NCBI GenBank assembly: GCA_013239625.1
Contig: MU056000.1
Location: 13,975,787 to 14,039,786 of the forward strand
Length of the DNA: 64,000 nt
Source: Lama guanicoe
Lineage: Eukaryota
Direction of reading: 5' to 3'
Shown here: piece by piece, positions 12,761 through 27,260 of the stretch
How the letters are laid out: every line of letters starts with the position of its first letter
How positions within the stretch are numbered: the stretch's first letter is position 1
Notes under the pieces: generated by a model
Told to the model about the DNA's origin: nothing
Seen by the model: the letters and a program-made list of their open reading frames with translations, nothing else
The model's database searches: none
Position numbers and translations under genes: made by a program

Positions 12761-15700
12761 AACTCTTTCCATTTTGCCATGCTCATTTTCTCACATAAAT
12801 GTAGTTACTGGAAATCATTTGATTGAGGTAGCCCGCAGATAGTGTATCGGAATGGTTCATTGAGAAAGAGATGACAACAGAAATTGAAAAAAAATTAAAA
12901 GCTTTAGTCTCCATGTCTCAATAAATTGTTTCATTGTTGAGTATTCTATTATCCTGCCCTATTCTCCAGTACTTTCTCTCATCCATCGAGAATCTTCATT
13001 TTTGATTTTCCCGATGAGAAAGTGTTACAAACACGAATACTGAAAGATGTTGAGGCAACATAAGGATTGAGAACGACAGCTATAAATAAAAAGCTATATA
13101 CTTGAGAAATACTGGAGAAAGAGCAATTCATTCTGAAAATCAAATCTGGTGCCATGAGTCATTCAGCTTTCTTGGCTCTTAATTAAACTTAGAGAAGCCG
13201 AAGGTATTAATATTATTGATTGTATTGACAAATAGTTATCAAGTGCCTTAAAGCAAAGACTGTTCCTCTGGGTAGACCAGCCCTATCAGTTGGCTCCAGC
13301 TAGTAGTCAGTCAAGCAGTCAGCTGGTGGGAGCAGCTCACCAGTGTTTGGCAGGACTGAGGGGACGTGAACAACAATGAGCCATTTTGACAGGCGTACTG
13401 CTGTTGCTGGATTTGTTTTCAAGTGATGATATCAGAGGGAACTGAGCGCTTTGAGTGTGTAGAGGCTGTTTCAGTAAAACCATAAGCAAACCATAAATGC
13501 TCAGTAAGCAGAGGAAATGCCACATATAAGGCCTCATAAATATTTATTCACACAATGAACATATGAACAAATGCTTTGAGAATGTGGAACAAATGTCAGT
13601 GGTGGGCCATAACTGGATGATATTGACACATACACCTATAGAATTTATAATCATATCATAACTTATAAAATGTCTATTCTAGGTAGGTAAATAGATAGCA
13701 GAAGGCTTTTCAAAGCTGTGTGTGATGTATTTTTTGCATTTATTTTAGTTGTCAGAGGTTTGCATGTGCAACTTCTGCATAGGGAAGGATTGGGACCACA
13801 AAGCCCTCATCTGTTAATACTTAAGTTGCTGCTGCTTTGGATGAATGCTTCACAAACTAAGACTGACAGTCTCCTGTGGGTCTTTTGCGAGCACGGTTCT
13901 GCCGATGGCAAAGTGTGCCTGTCAGTCCGTTCCCATGGACTCCCAGGACTGTGCATGTATTCGTGTTCCTGAGCATTCCCAGTAGGAAGGGCTTTTATTT
14001 TTCTCTCACAAGAATAGACCATGGGCCTTGTTGCTAGCATAACAGTTTCTTTACAATTTTCATTCTGTGAAACTCTTTAGTTATCATCAGAGTCAGAGGA
14101 AAAATTAGAAAATCTTTTTTTAAAAAGCATAGAAATTTGAGTGACTAATGTGGAACAATACAGTGAGAAAAAAAGATGAAGATGGAAAATGAGCAAGGTC
14201 AAGAAATACAGAGAACAAATAGTGACTGCAATGAGTCAATTATTGTGAATAGAAATAAAACCAGTAATAGAGATACAGAAAGGATGAGAAATCTCATTGA
14301 AATATTAAAATGCTTAAGCCATGCATATCTGGGGAAATATTTAACAAAATGGGAAACGCGTGTGTTTTGAAAGAAGGCTGACGTATCTCTGCAAAGGAAG
14401 GACACAGGTAGCTCTGGGAAGGATGAAGAATTACTTCTATCAGAAAACCATTCCTACTGTACCACTGCTTGGAGAAGGGGAAGTCCCCTTGTAGGTGTCA
14501 GGTGAGCACAAGTGAAGCAAAGAAGATCTATTATTTCTCTGCATAACAATCAAGTTTCTGTGGAACATTCTGGAAGGTGTTGAGAAGATGGAAGCAAGAA
14601 AAAGTGTCCCAAAGAGTAAGGGAGAGGGAACTCCTTTGAAATAAAATGGCAAGTTAAACTTCCTATGGGTCAGATTAATGAGGAATCCGGAACATTTAAT
14701 TTTTTGTTTCAAGTTGGTTTCTTTTTGCATAGATTGGAAGTAACTCCCACACTTCCTCAACCTTCAAAAAATTCTGGTTCCTCCAGAATCCTGTGTTCTG
14801 TGCAAGACAGGATTGGCAATTCTGTTCTCCAGCAGTAGACTGAAGACAGCAAACTAATAGGAGCTAAAATTGGGCTTAGGACCTGGCAAGCAGAGGAGAA
14901 GCTTCTTCCCTACTTCTACTTTTCAAACCAGGAAGCTTCAGAATACTGGAAACAGCAGTTTTCTTCCCACACTGGGAGCTTGCACTATTTATTTAAATTT
15001 TAAAAGACAGGTTTATTGCAAAAATTTGGAAGAGTTAGGCACATAAGACCAAAGAAAAAGAGAAATGAGAAAGGGAAAAAATAGAAAAATAAATATTCTT
15101 AACAATCACAATATAATTACCATTTTCTGATTCAGATGTTCAACCTCTCTAAATTCAATAAGATAGGAAATTTTTTGAAAAATGAAATAGTAATGGTAAA
15201 CCATAGTAATAACATAAAATGAGAGTTAATATTAGAAACTGGTGTTACATTGGAAACCACCCTCCCCAAACCATATTTTATTTTTATTAATATAGTGTTG
15301 TCTTCTATATGTCACATAATGTACTAACCATTATGGAAAATACAAAGGTGAGTTATGGAAATTCTCAAGAAGTTTGCTTTCTAGGAATTCATTTTTTAAG
15401 TATATATATATAAAATGTGTTGGTTTTCTTTGTGACTTTGCAACTCATTAGTGATTTTTTTTTAATGATAATGCCCCCAAATACTTAATTTTCTAACAGC
15501 AGTTACATGTTAATTTTCTGGCATTCATTTGAGAAAGATCCTAAATTAGAAGGTTACATGTCTAACAAAAATAGAAAAATAAAGAAAGATGTTTATAGAA
15601 GACTAAAGATGAGGCACATGTTAGAAAGTATAAGAAAAATAATAGTTACAAAAAAATGAAAGTCCCAGTGAAAATAAATCACTTTTTCTACAGAACTTTC

Positions 15701-15847
15701 ATAAACTTAGCTTTACGCTTAGAGTTAGATAATGTATCCCCTCAATAAAAATAGTAAGAAGCCTATTTCCCCGTGTAAGGTGCTATTTGGGACCCGGACT
15801 GGAGCCCAACAAAAACATGGTCCTGTTCACACCTTACCGGAGCTGTG

Positions 15848-16167
15848 ATGATGTCACTTATACGTGAAATCTGAAAAAGTTAAACCTGTAAAAAACAGAA
15901 TAAAATATTGGTCACCAGGCGACAGTGGGGATGGCAGGATAAGAGTGATGGTTTTTGAGAGTGCAAACTTGAAGCAACTATTAAATAAGCCACAGAGATC
16001 AAAGGCACAGTATAGTGAATGTAGACAGTACTCCTGTACTATGATTATGTGATAAATATCACTACACCAGCAACCATATTATAATAAGTAAATGTTTTAA
16101 CACGGTGTACGCCTTAAACTTATGCAATGTTACATGTCAAATGTATTCAATTAAAAAGGAAAAAAGG
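15848..16167 (+). mobile_element. L1 3' end (older subfamily)
   Basis: atgatgtcacttatacgtgaaatct (ORF2 end) ... gtgtacgccttaaacttatgcaatgttacatgtcaaatgtattcaattaaaaa. Confidence 0.8.
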
Positions 16168-17589
16168 AACTCTCAGAGTAGGAAAGAAATAACATATGGG
16201 CAAAAAAGGACTATTTGCTACGTTTGACGAGGTCTACAAAAAAACGAGGTAAAAGATCGACGAGATTACTTCTCACTGAAGAGTACTGGGAACCTAGCAG
16301 ACTTGTAGGAGTTTGCCAGGGAAGGACAAGCCAGGCTAGAGTAAGTAAGTCTCAGTGGAAAAATAATGCACAAAGCATGCTTGGTGTAGCTGGAAAGTTT
16401 AATAGAAGATAGATAGATAGATGATACAAACAATATTATCCTAAGGCAGTCTAGATTTCATTTCTAAATATCTAAGATATTTGATGAGGGAAAAATCTAA
16501 GGACACCAGTGGGTTTGAAGTATACTTCATCCTGGGACAGGGGAAGAAAGTAGCCTCAGAAAAAGCATAAAGGGATGGGGGAAATGGAATTGCTTTGTGA
16601 TTGCATTCCATAGATGGATTATTCAGGTTTAAAGACTAAACAAGGCAACTGGAATACTTCCCATGATCCATCTATTCAATTTTCAAACATTAATCATCAT
16701 GCAGGTAATGTATTTCTCAGGCTAATGGCTAGAGATCTGAGATACCAACATATCAACTCTTGGCATTTTCCTCAACACTTACTATTGAGAAGGATACGTA
16801 GAGTTACGTTACAAAAGAAGATAAATCTGTTTTTTTTAACCAGGAAGATATAGTATAAAATATGTTATAATTAACCAACATCAACTCCTATCATTTACTA
16901 TCAATACTATTTTATAGTCAATGAGATTATTTGTTTTCCCTTCCTAGGAATAGCTGGTCAACTTTGTTACAAAAAGTTGATATTTGTGAAAAGCAGGTTC
17001 AATTGGTTTTATGTCTTTGTTTTCCTATTTAACAGCTTTATTTAAGTTTAATTTACATACCATGGCTTTCATTTAAGTGTCTAATTCAAGCCGATTTAAT
17101 TGTATGGATCCAAGGCTGCACAAATAGTGTAACTAACAAGGAATCCTAATCTATAATTTTGTTTCATGAGAATTACGAGCATCCCAATTAAATTCAATAG
17201 ATATTATTAATTCTGTTCATGTCAATCGGACATGATAGATCCTAGTTACCCAGGAGAAGAGCTATCTGACTTCTCTAGTGCCTACAAAATACTTTGCTAC
17301 TTCTTGATAATAGTAATGTTTTTTTTTCAAATAAGCATTCTCATTGGAGTATCAGAGAAAATAGCCTTTGGTTCCATTCTCTGATCTCACAAATATCAAA
17401 CAACCATTAATATAAATTCTGATATTTAGTTGAAGTCAGAGTGAAAAATTTCCCTTTCCAGTTTAATATTGGCAGCAGAACCATGAAATCACTACTCAGG
17501 TCCAGAGAGCAGTGTGTCATCTGTGGATCATGGATTTTGGACTGAGAGGAGTGAAAGCTGTCTCAGGGAGCCTCTCTTCACCTGCCTGG

Positions 17590-18068
17590 GCAGTGCATTG
17601 TGCTGTCAAGGTGATTTATTGGCACACAAAGCACATTTCACCAAGATCCAGCTATCAGCATTGAATGTGTCTGTACATAAAAATAACCTCACCGGTCACT
17701 ACACTGCCAGCCTTTTGCTCAGCAGTCTTTGGCTTGTAACTTTCACTCTGTGTGCTTGTAGTTGTATGATCACAAGACAGCATAGCTACCAGTTTTCCAA
17801 CGATTACATATGTGTTTAAATTTGGAAGATTGAAAGACCAAAGGACGAAGTGTTGGAGTCTGTATAGAGATGTCGAAACTTTCCTAGAAACCCCCAGTGG
17901 TCTTTCCTTTATATACCACTGGCCAGAACTGGGTCACAAAAGCTATAAGGAGGCTGAGAAATATAGCTTTATAACTGAATTGTGTTGCTACACTGAGAAA
18001 ATCAGAGTTCTGATAGCATCAGCAAAATGAGAAACCAATATTGAGTGGACAACTATTTGTGTCCATCA
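17590..18068 (-). mobile_element. Old MaLR solo LTR (MLT1J/K/L-like)
   Basis: ctttcctagaaaccccca...cactggccagaactgggtcaca...aaggaggctgagaaat...aaaatcagagttctg is characteristic of antisense old MLT1 elements. Confidence 0.6.
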
Positions 18069-19279
18069 TCGTTCATTAATTATTTCTTAAATGCTATAGA
18101 AAATGGACTTCTTGTATTATTAATCCCCATACACTCTGCTGCAGTTCAGGAACTGTTTAGAGTTCTTTTCTAAAGAAGACAAAGCATGACAATATTTCTT
18201 TCAGTAAATTGACAATATGGCACAGTTTTCAATTAGTGCATTCCATTTTTCTCTAAGAGAAGCAAATTCTTTAGCATTGAGATTATCAATTAATATTTTT
18301 GTATATTATGTAGTCAACCATAGAAAACATATTTGAAAATGTGTCTATAATTATTTGTGCATACAATTATTATCATTGTTATTATATGAATTAAAGATGG
18401 GCTCAGAAGGAGAAAAATTGACAAGACATTCTACTGTGGAACACTCTATCTTCTGCAGATACTGTGGACCACAGCTAAATATTTTAACTTCTTAGTTATT
18501 AGTAAATATAAAATATTGCTTTGGGGAAAAGAAAACTATATTCAAGTAGATTTTCATATAGAATTAAGAAAAATTAATATTCAAATCCATAAAACCTTTA
18601 AAGATGCTTTATGTCTTTTATCCAAATATACACACTGATCTCTTCCACAAAAAATTTTTTTGCTCATTTTCGAAATGAAATAAATATGAAGAGGTTAAAT
18701 AAAACCAAAATTGGTGACATATTTAATTACATCATGCAGACTGAAGAGTGTTACAAATCTTGTTTTCAGTTACATCCTAGGAAACTCATTTAAGCCTTCC
18801 ACTAAGTGCATTTTTATAGCTGATTGACTTCTACTACAAGATGTTAAGAAGAGGTCATTTTTGGGAATCAAAGTTATTGTTGGTCAAGACCTATGCATTA
18901 AAGACAATTAATTCACACTTTGCCTCTTCTAAAGACACTATTCTGAGTTGGGACAATCAATTCTAAAGATAATAACACTATTTTGTCTAACCTATTTCCC
19001 TTTAAGTAATCATTCCACATTTTCTAAAAGTATATTTCTCTCATTAATAACATTTACAAAAGCAACTTTGGTTGAAGTTTCAGAAAAGAAATTTACATAA
19101 AATTTAATAGTGGAACTCTCATTTTTCAAAATGTAGTTATTTGGACTAAAAAATCTTTCACACAAAATCATTTTTTTTCTATTTTAGATAAGACTATTTC
19201 AAAGTCTGATTATGGCACACTATGTCATAATTTTGGAAATTCTTCTCAATCTTAAAGGATAAAGAGCAAAAATGACAGA

Positions 19280-19430
19280 AATTGACTGAGTACCTACATT
19301 TTCCCAAGAACTGGACTAAGAACACTGCATTTCTTTCCTCATAGAATAGGTATTATCATTATAAATATTTATACAAGGAAACAGGTGCATAAAATTTAAG
19401 TGGCTTGATCAATTTTCTATGCTACAAAGT
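19280..19430 (-). mobile_element. MIR SINE (degraded)
   Basis: ttgactgagtacctac...taggtattatcatt...aaggaaacaggtgcataaaatttaagtggcttg. Confidence 0.55.
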
Positions 19431-22400
19431 ACATTCTGGGGTTTGACCATGAAGTATTCCCAAGTCATTTTGAAATAAAGCTTGGTGTTTTGGAAAAATA
19501 ATAAATACGAATTACTTTACTATATTAACTACACTGGTACATGACCAAATTTTTCTTTCATAGGAAGGCCAATGAAAACTTTATTATATTTACCATAATT
19601 CCTCGTAAAAATAAGTAGTGATATTATTTGTGCCGTTAGAACCAATAGACATCAGGAGGTATAGTGCATTTCATTTGATGTCAACTATTCTATTTCCTGT
19701 GGAATGGATGTCATTAGTGCAGAAAGGCTTGACTGACAAGAGACTGGAAACCCAATATCTTCCATTTTTTAACATTATGTTGCAGAAACCACTCAAGTAC
19801 TAAAATGTGTCAGAAGTGTTAAATAATCTGTATGCTCTTGGTATATAATTAAAAGATAGCCTGTTTAGTCTTATTGTTTGTATATCTTTGAAAATTAAGT
19901 GTAGAATTTATCAACAGAAATGTTTTTGGCTACAATATTTTCTAATTAAATATCCATTTTAATAACTAAATAGGAATGAAGACTGCAGGAAAATCAATTT
20001 ATAATTTAAAATATGAATTCACCTATATGAAACTGCATAAATGTCTCAATAGTTTTTATTAGATGTGTGACTAATGTACCATTTACACAGATACACGAAC
20101 CCCATCATTGACTACTGCTGATTTATGTGTTTCATGTTAATTTTGGTGAAAAGAACTGGTATTCATCATTGCTAGCACTAGAAACAATTGTAAATAAGCC
20201 TTAAACAGGATTTTATAAGCCCGCATATCCCTATTTCCCCTGAAGTCAGGTTTTAATCCAGGTTTTCAGGTTTCCTGAATTGACCATCAGGAAGATTCAA
20301 CACACTTGCACGTAAAATAGGCAAGGAATAACTTAACACATACGTACCAGCTCAAAGAACAAGAAGCAATCCATTAATTGTTGACTATAAAATAGGTAGC
20401 AAAGAAAACCATCAAATGGCTATAAACACCATGGCCATTAAGAAATTTGAATTCTCAGATAAAAACCTCACACCTACCCTTTGTGAATCTTCCATTCCAT
20501 TTCTAAGACCCTGGAGAGAGACATGGTAGATTTCTGCTTTTGTCTTTGACCTAAGTCAAGGGAAGTAGTCCTTTTACAGCAACCTAATCATGAAGCTTCT
20601 GTTGTCACTACCTGACATAAATTCTGTAGCTCCCAAAGAAGCAAAGAAGCCTTGAATATACTGATTTATTTTTAAAGCAGCTGACATTATATTAACTGGA
20701 GTAGGGTTGAGATTTGAGTTGTGTTGATAAACAACCATCGGCCCAGATTTCTCTTGACTTTGGTTCTCTGATCACTTTATATGGCTTTCTTATTTGGCTA
20801 CCTTCCTTAGAATGTCTTGCTTAGGGTTAGTTTTCATGAACATTAAAATTGTTTCCCCACTTAATAACTCTAAAAATGTTTCCTTGCTGAGTTAAAAATC
20901 AATAATATTTAAGTAGAATTTATCGTCATTAAGCCTACATTATTACAACTTTTACATAAATCTGACCAAAAATATAATACAGCTTTTATATTTCATTATC
21001 ATATCCTTTATTTTTTCATGGTCTTCTGTATCTTTCAAATAGTATTTAATGTTAAAATATCTCTCTTGAATGGGTATTCCTCTTTTGTTTTTATGCATTA
21101 AGCAAGCATCATGGAATAGTTACCTCAACAAAACTTATGCCAAACATAAATTATTTGCAAAATTTTTGGTTTGTCATATTGATTAATGGAGTTCTAGTAG
21201 AAAGCAATACATAGCTTATTAAATAAATTGTGTATAGTATGGTAACTCAAGAACTACACGATTCTTTTCTCTGGATCCATCAATTCACATATAGATAATA
21301 TAACAGAAAGCAAGACCTCATTGGCAGCTTGTCATTGAAAAATCATCTGTGAGCTGGTCTTGAGATGAGTTACAGCCGTGGGACCCAAGGCCACGATCAG
21401 AGCATGTTTGTAGTATGCAGTAAATAATTGCTCCACGCATGCGTCAATTATAGAAGATTTAGAACAAAGAAAATAGAAGTACGCATGTGCTAGAAATATT
21501 CTGTAAGCCTGATGAACAAAGAAACTCAGACCACACATGTGCTGGCAGAGAACAGATAAAAGCAGGACAGGTGCATCATAGGCGCTCACCTCCCTGTGGC
21601 AATAAAGTGTTGTTAACCCCATGGTGTCTCCCGCTGAAGTCTGTCCAGCGGTATGGCAACTCCTTGTACATTTTTTCATTGGGCCGCTCACCTCCTAGAA
21701 CCCCATGTCAGCCTCCCTCAGCTGACAGTATCAAAACTTAACTTTTAACATAATGGAAACAAGACAATTCAAAGTCTTGACCTTACACATAAGCACTCAT
21801 AACTGAGTGAGTTTGGCACAAAACTCCTGTTTCACCATAATTGGTCATTGAAAGTACTAATTGGAAATGGTATAATATAGTTATGCCAAACAAGAGGACA
21901 GAGTTAAGGTATTGCTATTAAAATGTACATTTAAAGTAACTAGTATCCCAATGCTTCTTATATAACATCCCATGTATAGTGACTGATTCTTTAGTTTTCA
22001 GTGTTTGTATGTTTTCACTCCAGTCATTTAAAGTGCAATTTCCAATAAGTTCATTCATTCTGAGGATGTTTAACTGCATTATGATAGGTCTTTTAAGCTT
22101 AAATTACCAAGAAAGTCTTAGCTTTGAAGACAATACTCAGCATTTTGTTTTATAATCTCTCTTAGAACTTTCTACAGAAAATAGTCTGAGAGATGGGCAT
22201 ACTTAAAGAATCTTCATAGTAGGACATAGACTCCCATGATGCTTCAGCCAGAGTAATGCTGAAACTAAAACATAACAACATGGAGGCCTACATTTCATTC
22301 AATAAATTATTTTGCTTAAAGAAAGGAGCAAAAAATTGCAGGAGCAAAGGTACTTTCTCAGAGCAGTACTTGAATAGCTCTAGGTTTCAGATAACATTTT

Positions 22401-23002
22401 ATTTGTTTGTTTACCGAAGTATTAAATTAACCTACAATAAATACGTACAACCAATGCAATTTTTATTTAAATATTGTGTTGTCTATGTATTTGCCTCACT
22501 GAAACACAGGGTACAGCAGAGGCCAAGACTTGTCAAATCTTATCCACAGTGGCTTGCTTTATTTGTCCAAAGTAAATATGTACACCTACACACACACACA
22601 CCTGCATGGACTCACATCAACACATGCAAACATTTAGACAGATACTCAGACATATGCAAACACACAGAATTGGTATTTGTTTTTTAACAAGTCACAGAAG
22701 TCTGTAAAGAGTTATAAAATCCATATAAGATGTCTATATCCTAGCAATGTTCTATCAAGTAAATACAACATTTATTGATAAATAAACATTTGGCTCTCTG
22801 TAAGGACAATTACTTGAGTAAATTCTTATACGTGTGCATGTGTGTGCTTGAATGTGTGTGTAATCCTAAACAAGGTAATGGAAGATGCATATTTTTAAAG
22901 TAAGAAATATACATCTTTCATAAATAAAACAAACATGGTTATTGGGAAAATATTTAAAAAATGAGCAGCACTATTATCAAATAATGAGCTGGCTTAAGAT
23001 TT

Positions 23003-23110
23003 TCTATCACTACAACAGCAATCATATTACCATATGTAAGTGCATTAAATCAGCAGGGTGTACCCCTTAAATTTACAGTGTTATATGTCAAATATATTTC
23101 AATAAAAATA
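23003..23110 (+). mobile_element. L1 extreme 3' tail
   Basis: tatcactacaacagcaatcatatt...tgtaccccttaaatttacagtgttatatgtcaaatatatttcaataaaaa; homologous to 16056-16155. Confidence 0.75.
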
Positions 23111-24543
23111 TTTTCAACTAATTCTAAAGTCTCCTGCCAGGACAACAACATATACACACATATATGTATATTTTTACTCCAGAAGTTTGATTACTAGGTT
23201 AATAATCACTTTATTTCTACATATTTAGTAATATGTTGGTACTGCAAGAACTTGCATGTCTCATACTCATTTTAGGTTACATTGAGTTATTTATTTTTAT
23301 TATCTCTCAATTTTATTTTTATTTAACTGAAATATTATAATTTAATCTATAACTATAATGCAAAAATGCACATACATATGTATGTATATTCTTTATTTAA
23401 ATATCTATTTCTATATACCTTCTTTATTGTTTTCATAAGGTATGGGAATTAAGGGGTTAAGCAGTATGTCTGAGATCTATTCCTGCCCAGTGTACTCAGG
23501 GGCTGGAGCATACCAGTGAAGGAAAGAAGGTATCTTCTTGTAAATGTGATAATGACAACCCTCCTAGCAATCTAATGGTATTAACTACTGGAGAATGCTT
23601 GTCCATAGCATCTTGTCAGTTGGATGTACCTCATTGTCTAAGACAATGGTTACTAAGTCTGGAATCTGTAGACCTATTCAGGGTTCCCTGAAAAATGTGT
23701 CAAATGTTACATAACTATCAGTATAAGGAGATATTTATGACCAGACGCGACTCTTCAGTGTTAGTTACATTGATGTGCCTTTTACCTGAAGTTCTCGCAT
23801 GTTAACTGGATTCAGAATGCATGAAACATGACCAGCAAGGATCTAGGAAGCTGCTGGAACATCCTGGATCTCTCTCTACTTCATCTGAGCCTCCTGGTTT
23901 TGGATATCCTTGAAAGTATTTGTAAAACTTGAAACATTTCTTACTGAATAGTTGGCTACATTAAAAATGGGTTTATATTTAGCCTTAGCCAAATTTGTAT
24001 TAACAAATTGTAAGGCCATGAGCTTTTTGTGGATTTTAGATTATGCTGCTATACAATAATCCTATACTGCATTATTGAGTATCTTTCATGATCATTTTGG
24101 CATCTCATAATATATGATGATTATGATTTCTGATCACAGAAAAATAGAGGAAATAGAGCAGAATTCATATTCTTCTTTAAAAAAAGTTTACATGTCTTTG
24201 GATGTATCCTCAGTTAATTTTGTTTTCATTACACAATAATTGAGGGCTGAAGAATTATATAATACTCTGTTTTAAACTGATAGCACTTATTTAAATGTTA
24301 CAGATATATGCAAAGGTAAGAAGCTTTTTACTGGTATGGTTATAAATAATGGATAATCAAATATTAAGGAGAACAGTTAATGTATATTTAATTATTCAAT
24401 CACATTGTTTTTGAAAAAGTCAGGACATTTTAAAATGTGCTATAATAACAATGTCTAATGTAGAAGAGTACACAGAAATAAAAACATTGCTTTCTTTCAT
24501 TGTAACATGCATCTGCACACGAATTATCCATAAATGCACTAAC

Positions 24544-24663
24544 CTGTTTTAGGATCTACGGAGAAGTAGGGCTGTCCCTGGAGGATACTGTAAACCACCC
24601 GAGCACTGTTTCCATAGGTGGGGTCATCTGCATCAGTAGCTGTCACCTGTAGAACAGAGGTAC
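24544..24663 (-). CDS. CDH18: Cadherin-18 coding exon, 120 nt (N-terminal part of EC2)
   Basis: Minus strand reads tgcacag|GTACCTCT...AAAACAG|gttagt, phase 1 to 1. It translates (G)[39 protein letters not shown](G), with the AxDxD calcium-binding motif, and continues in frame from the 295-nt exon. Confidence 0.95.
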
Positions 24664-25012
24664 CTGTGCATTCAGGAAAACAAATTTTAGTGTGTGACGG
24701 CATTAGGCACATGAGCTATTTGTATACAGAAAAAGGTCATGCTGAAATATCTCTGGAGAGTGATAATTTCTTACATTTCTTCGATTTATCTGTCGAACAT
24801 GTTCTTCAATTTCTTTCCCTGACACCAAATGTTCTAAATGAGAGCCCAAAATGGAATACATGGTTTTGGGTATTTTCATATAGTTCTTATGTGCTGGTAC
24901 CATTGTGAATGGTCTCTTTTAACTGTCACATATTCAGGGTTGGTTGGATCAATGCTCAAGAATCAAATTGTTATTAACTGATGGGTAAAATGAAAACTAT
25001 TCTGAGGGTATG

Positions 25013-25246
25013 CAGTTGGCCTTTGGACAATGCTGGGGTTGGGGGACACCAAGCCTCCACAGGGTAAAAAATCCATGGATAATTTATAATCAGCCCTCTG
25101 TATACATCATGTACTAGTGGTTCCTCTGTATCTGCATCCTTGGATTCAACCAACCGCAGATGTTTAGTACTGTAACAGTTACTATAGAAAAATTCGTATA
25201 TGAGTGGACTCACTATACAAACCCATGCTGTTTAAAAGGTCAACTG
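25013..25246. mobile_element. Tigger2-family MITE
   Basis: Terminal inverted repeats cagttggcctttggacaa ... ctgtttaaaaggtcaactg; internal ggattcaaccaaccgc. TA target duplication is decayed. Confidence 0.85.
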
Positions 25247-26186
25247 TTTATTGCCTGCAACATAACTACTCAGAAAACTGAAGGTGGGGTGGTTTGTGAT
25301 TAGGCAGTAGGGTGGCTGCATTGACATTAAATCATCAATGCATCAAAACAGCACATTCAAGTCATTTCCTATCATCTATGGAAATTTTTATTTTCTTACA
25401 AATTTCTTTTCATTTCTTACATAGACTATCAAATGAGTCTCCCAACTTGTCTCCAAAGTTCAGAGCTCACTCCTTTGGCTCTTCTACACAGTACCAATGT
25501 AATTATTTTCTACAAGGGTATCGATATACCTATCACAGTGGATTTTTGAAGATTAATAATTTAATCTGTTTAATTATTTATGTAATTTAAAACCTTTAAA
25601 ATACTATATTTTAAGGTACTAAAATTAGTGGATCTATTATGCTGGTGTCTTTATCTTTACACCTTTTAAACACAATTTGCATAATTAGATACATCTTTAT
25701 CATATTTCAGGTATTCCTAAATGAGAACTGATTTAAGGATAACATGACAAACATCTATTAAGGACTATACAACTTCACTGTAGAATCAGTAGTTAAGAGC
25801 TTTCATTTATTCATGAAATGTACTTGATGGATCATCTAATAATGATACTTGATAGTTTATTCTGGCTAACTATAAAACATCTACCTACTAATTTGGGTTA
25901 TGTTTCAAATAAAAATATTTCCACAATCAAGTGAGCCTGTATGAAATTTTACTTTTATTTTGGTACTGGGCTATGGAAGTACTGACATTTTTTATTTTTA
26001 ATTTTAGTAATTAATTCAATGATTTAGGTTTGACATACCTGTTAAGGGTCTAATAGCTGCTTAATTACAGCTTTACTTCTGTGTTGAAATTCAGACACAA
26101 CTGGAAGCAAAGCTTGTCCTGTACCTTCAAAGGATCCTAGAAAACTTAATTGATTTAGGAAGCCAAGTTTGCAGATCATAAATGTA

Positions 26187-26369
26187 CAGCAGATCCTCTA
26201 TATATATGGTTCCACATGCACAAATTCAATCAACTACTGATCATGTACTATGTTTGTGATCCACAGTGGTTGAATTTCTGGATGTGGAACCCATGGATAT
26301 GGAAATAGAAGGCTAGCTAAGGGACTTGACCTTCTGCAGATTTTGGTATCCGATACTGAGGGACGATTG
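26187..26369. mobile_element. MER2/MER8-like Tigger MITE
   Basis: Flanked by TA on both sides. The right end gatactgagggacgattg is the reverse complement of a MER2-type TIR. Confidence 0.75.
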
Positions 26370-26544
26370 TATATAGATTTGTAATAAGATGCCATGATTT
26401 TTGCCTCTAAGTAGTATTTTTACAGTGAGACGCTAAGCAAACATATAATTAATAACTATGCAGACTGAGAAGGAAAGAGCTGACTGTGTTATATCCAAAA
26501 GATATTTCTAATTGTGGATAATAAAACACAATAGTGATATCAAA

Positions 26545-27260
26545 TTCTAGTGAGAAATTAGGCCACTCACACACTGCTGGTGGAAATGTAAGTTTAGCAG
26601 ATTCTTCAAAAAAACAAACACACATTTACCATATAACCTCAAAAAAACAAACACACATTTACCATATAACCCAGGAAATTGTATTCTTGGGCATTTATGT
26701 TAAAGTAATGAAATTATATGTTCATATAAAAACTTATTTACAAATATTCATGGCTACATTATTCTTAGTAGCCCCAAACTGGAAGCAGCCCAGATGTCCT
26801 TCAATGGGAAAATGGTTAAAAAAAAACAAAAACATGGTGCATTATTGCCATGGAATACTACTCAGCAGTAATAATGAGCTGACTATTGATATATGCACCA
26901 GCTTGGATGAATCTTCAGGGAATTATACTCAGAGGGGAAAAAAACCATCCCAAAAGATTGTACACTATATGATACCATTTATTTAACATTCTAGAAGTGA
27001 TGAAATTTTACAAGTGGATGACAGACTAGTAGTTGTCAGGGTCTGGGGGGAGAAGAAGTGGAAAGGGGCTGAGTTTGATTATACAAGGGCAACACAGGGA
27101 TCCTGGAGATGCTGGAACTGTTTAGTATTTTGATTCTGGATACATGAACATGCCCAGGTGATGCATTACATAAAACTAAACACAAACATGCACACGGGTA
27201 AAACTAGGGAAATCTAAAGATTGGTAAGTCATTTAAATAACCTGGTTATGATATCGTTGT
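26545..27260 (+). mobile_element. Old L1 (L1MC/ME-like) ORF2 end and 3' UTR
   Basis: ORF 26534-26986 contains L1 ORF2 C-terminal residues (HTAGGNV, APNWKQPRCPS, HYMIPFI). Confidence 0.85.
26606..26671. repeat. Exact 33-bp tandem duplication inside the old L1
   Basis: tcaaaaaaacaaacacacatttaccatataacc twice, no mismatch. Confidence 0.95.

Noticed and set aside
14110..14310. Possible ancient HAL1/L1 ORF1 fragment
   Set aside because: Only A-rich composition supports it; too diverged to call.
1..24543. Further CDH18 exons (next expected peptide begins VIRTALHNMDRE)
   Set aside because: No such coding sequence seen in the ORF track or by eye; it presumably lies beyond the window, although a manual scan could miss a short exon.
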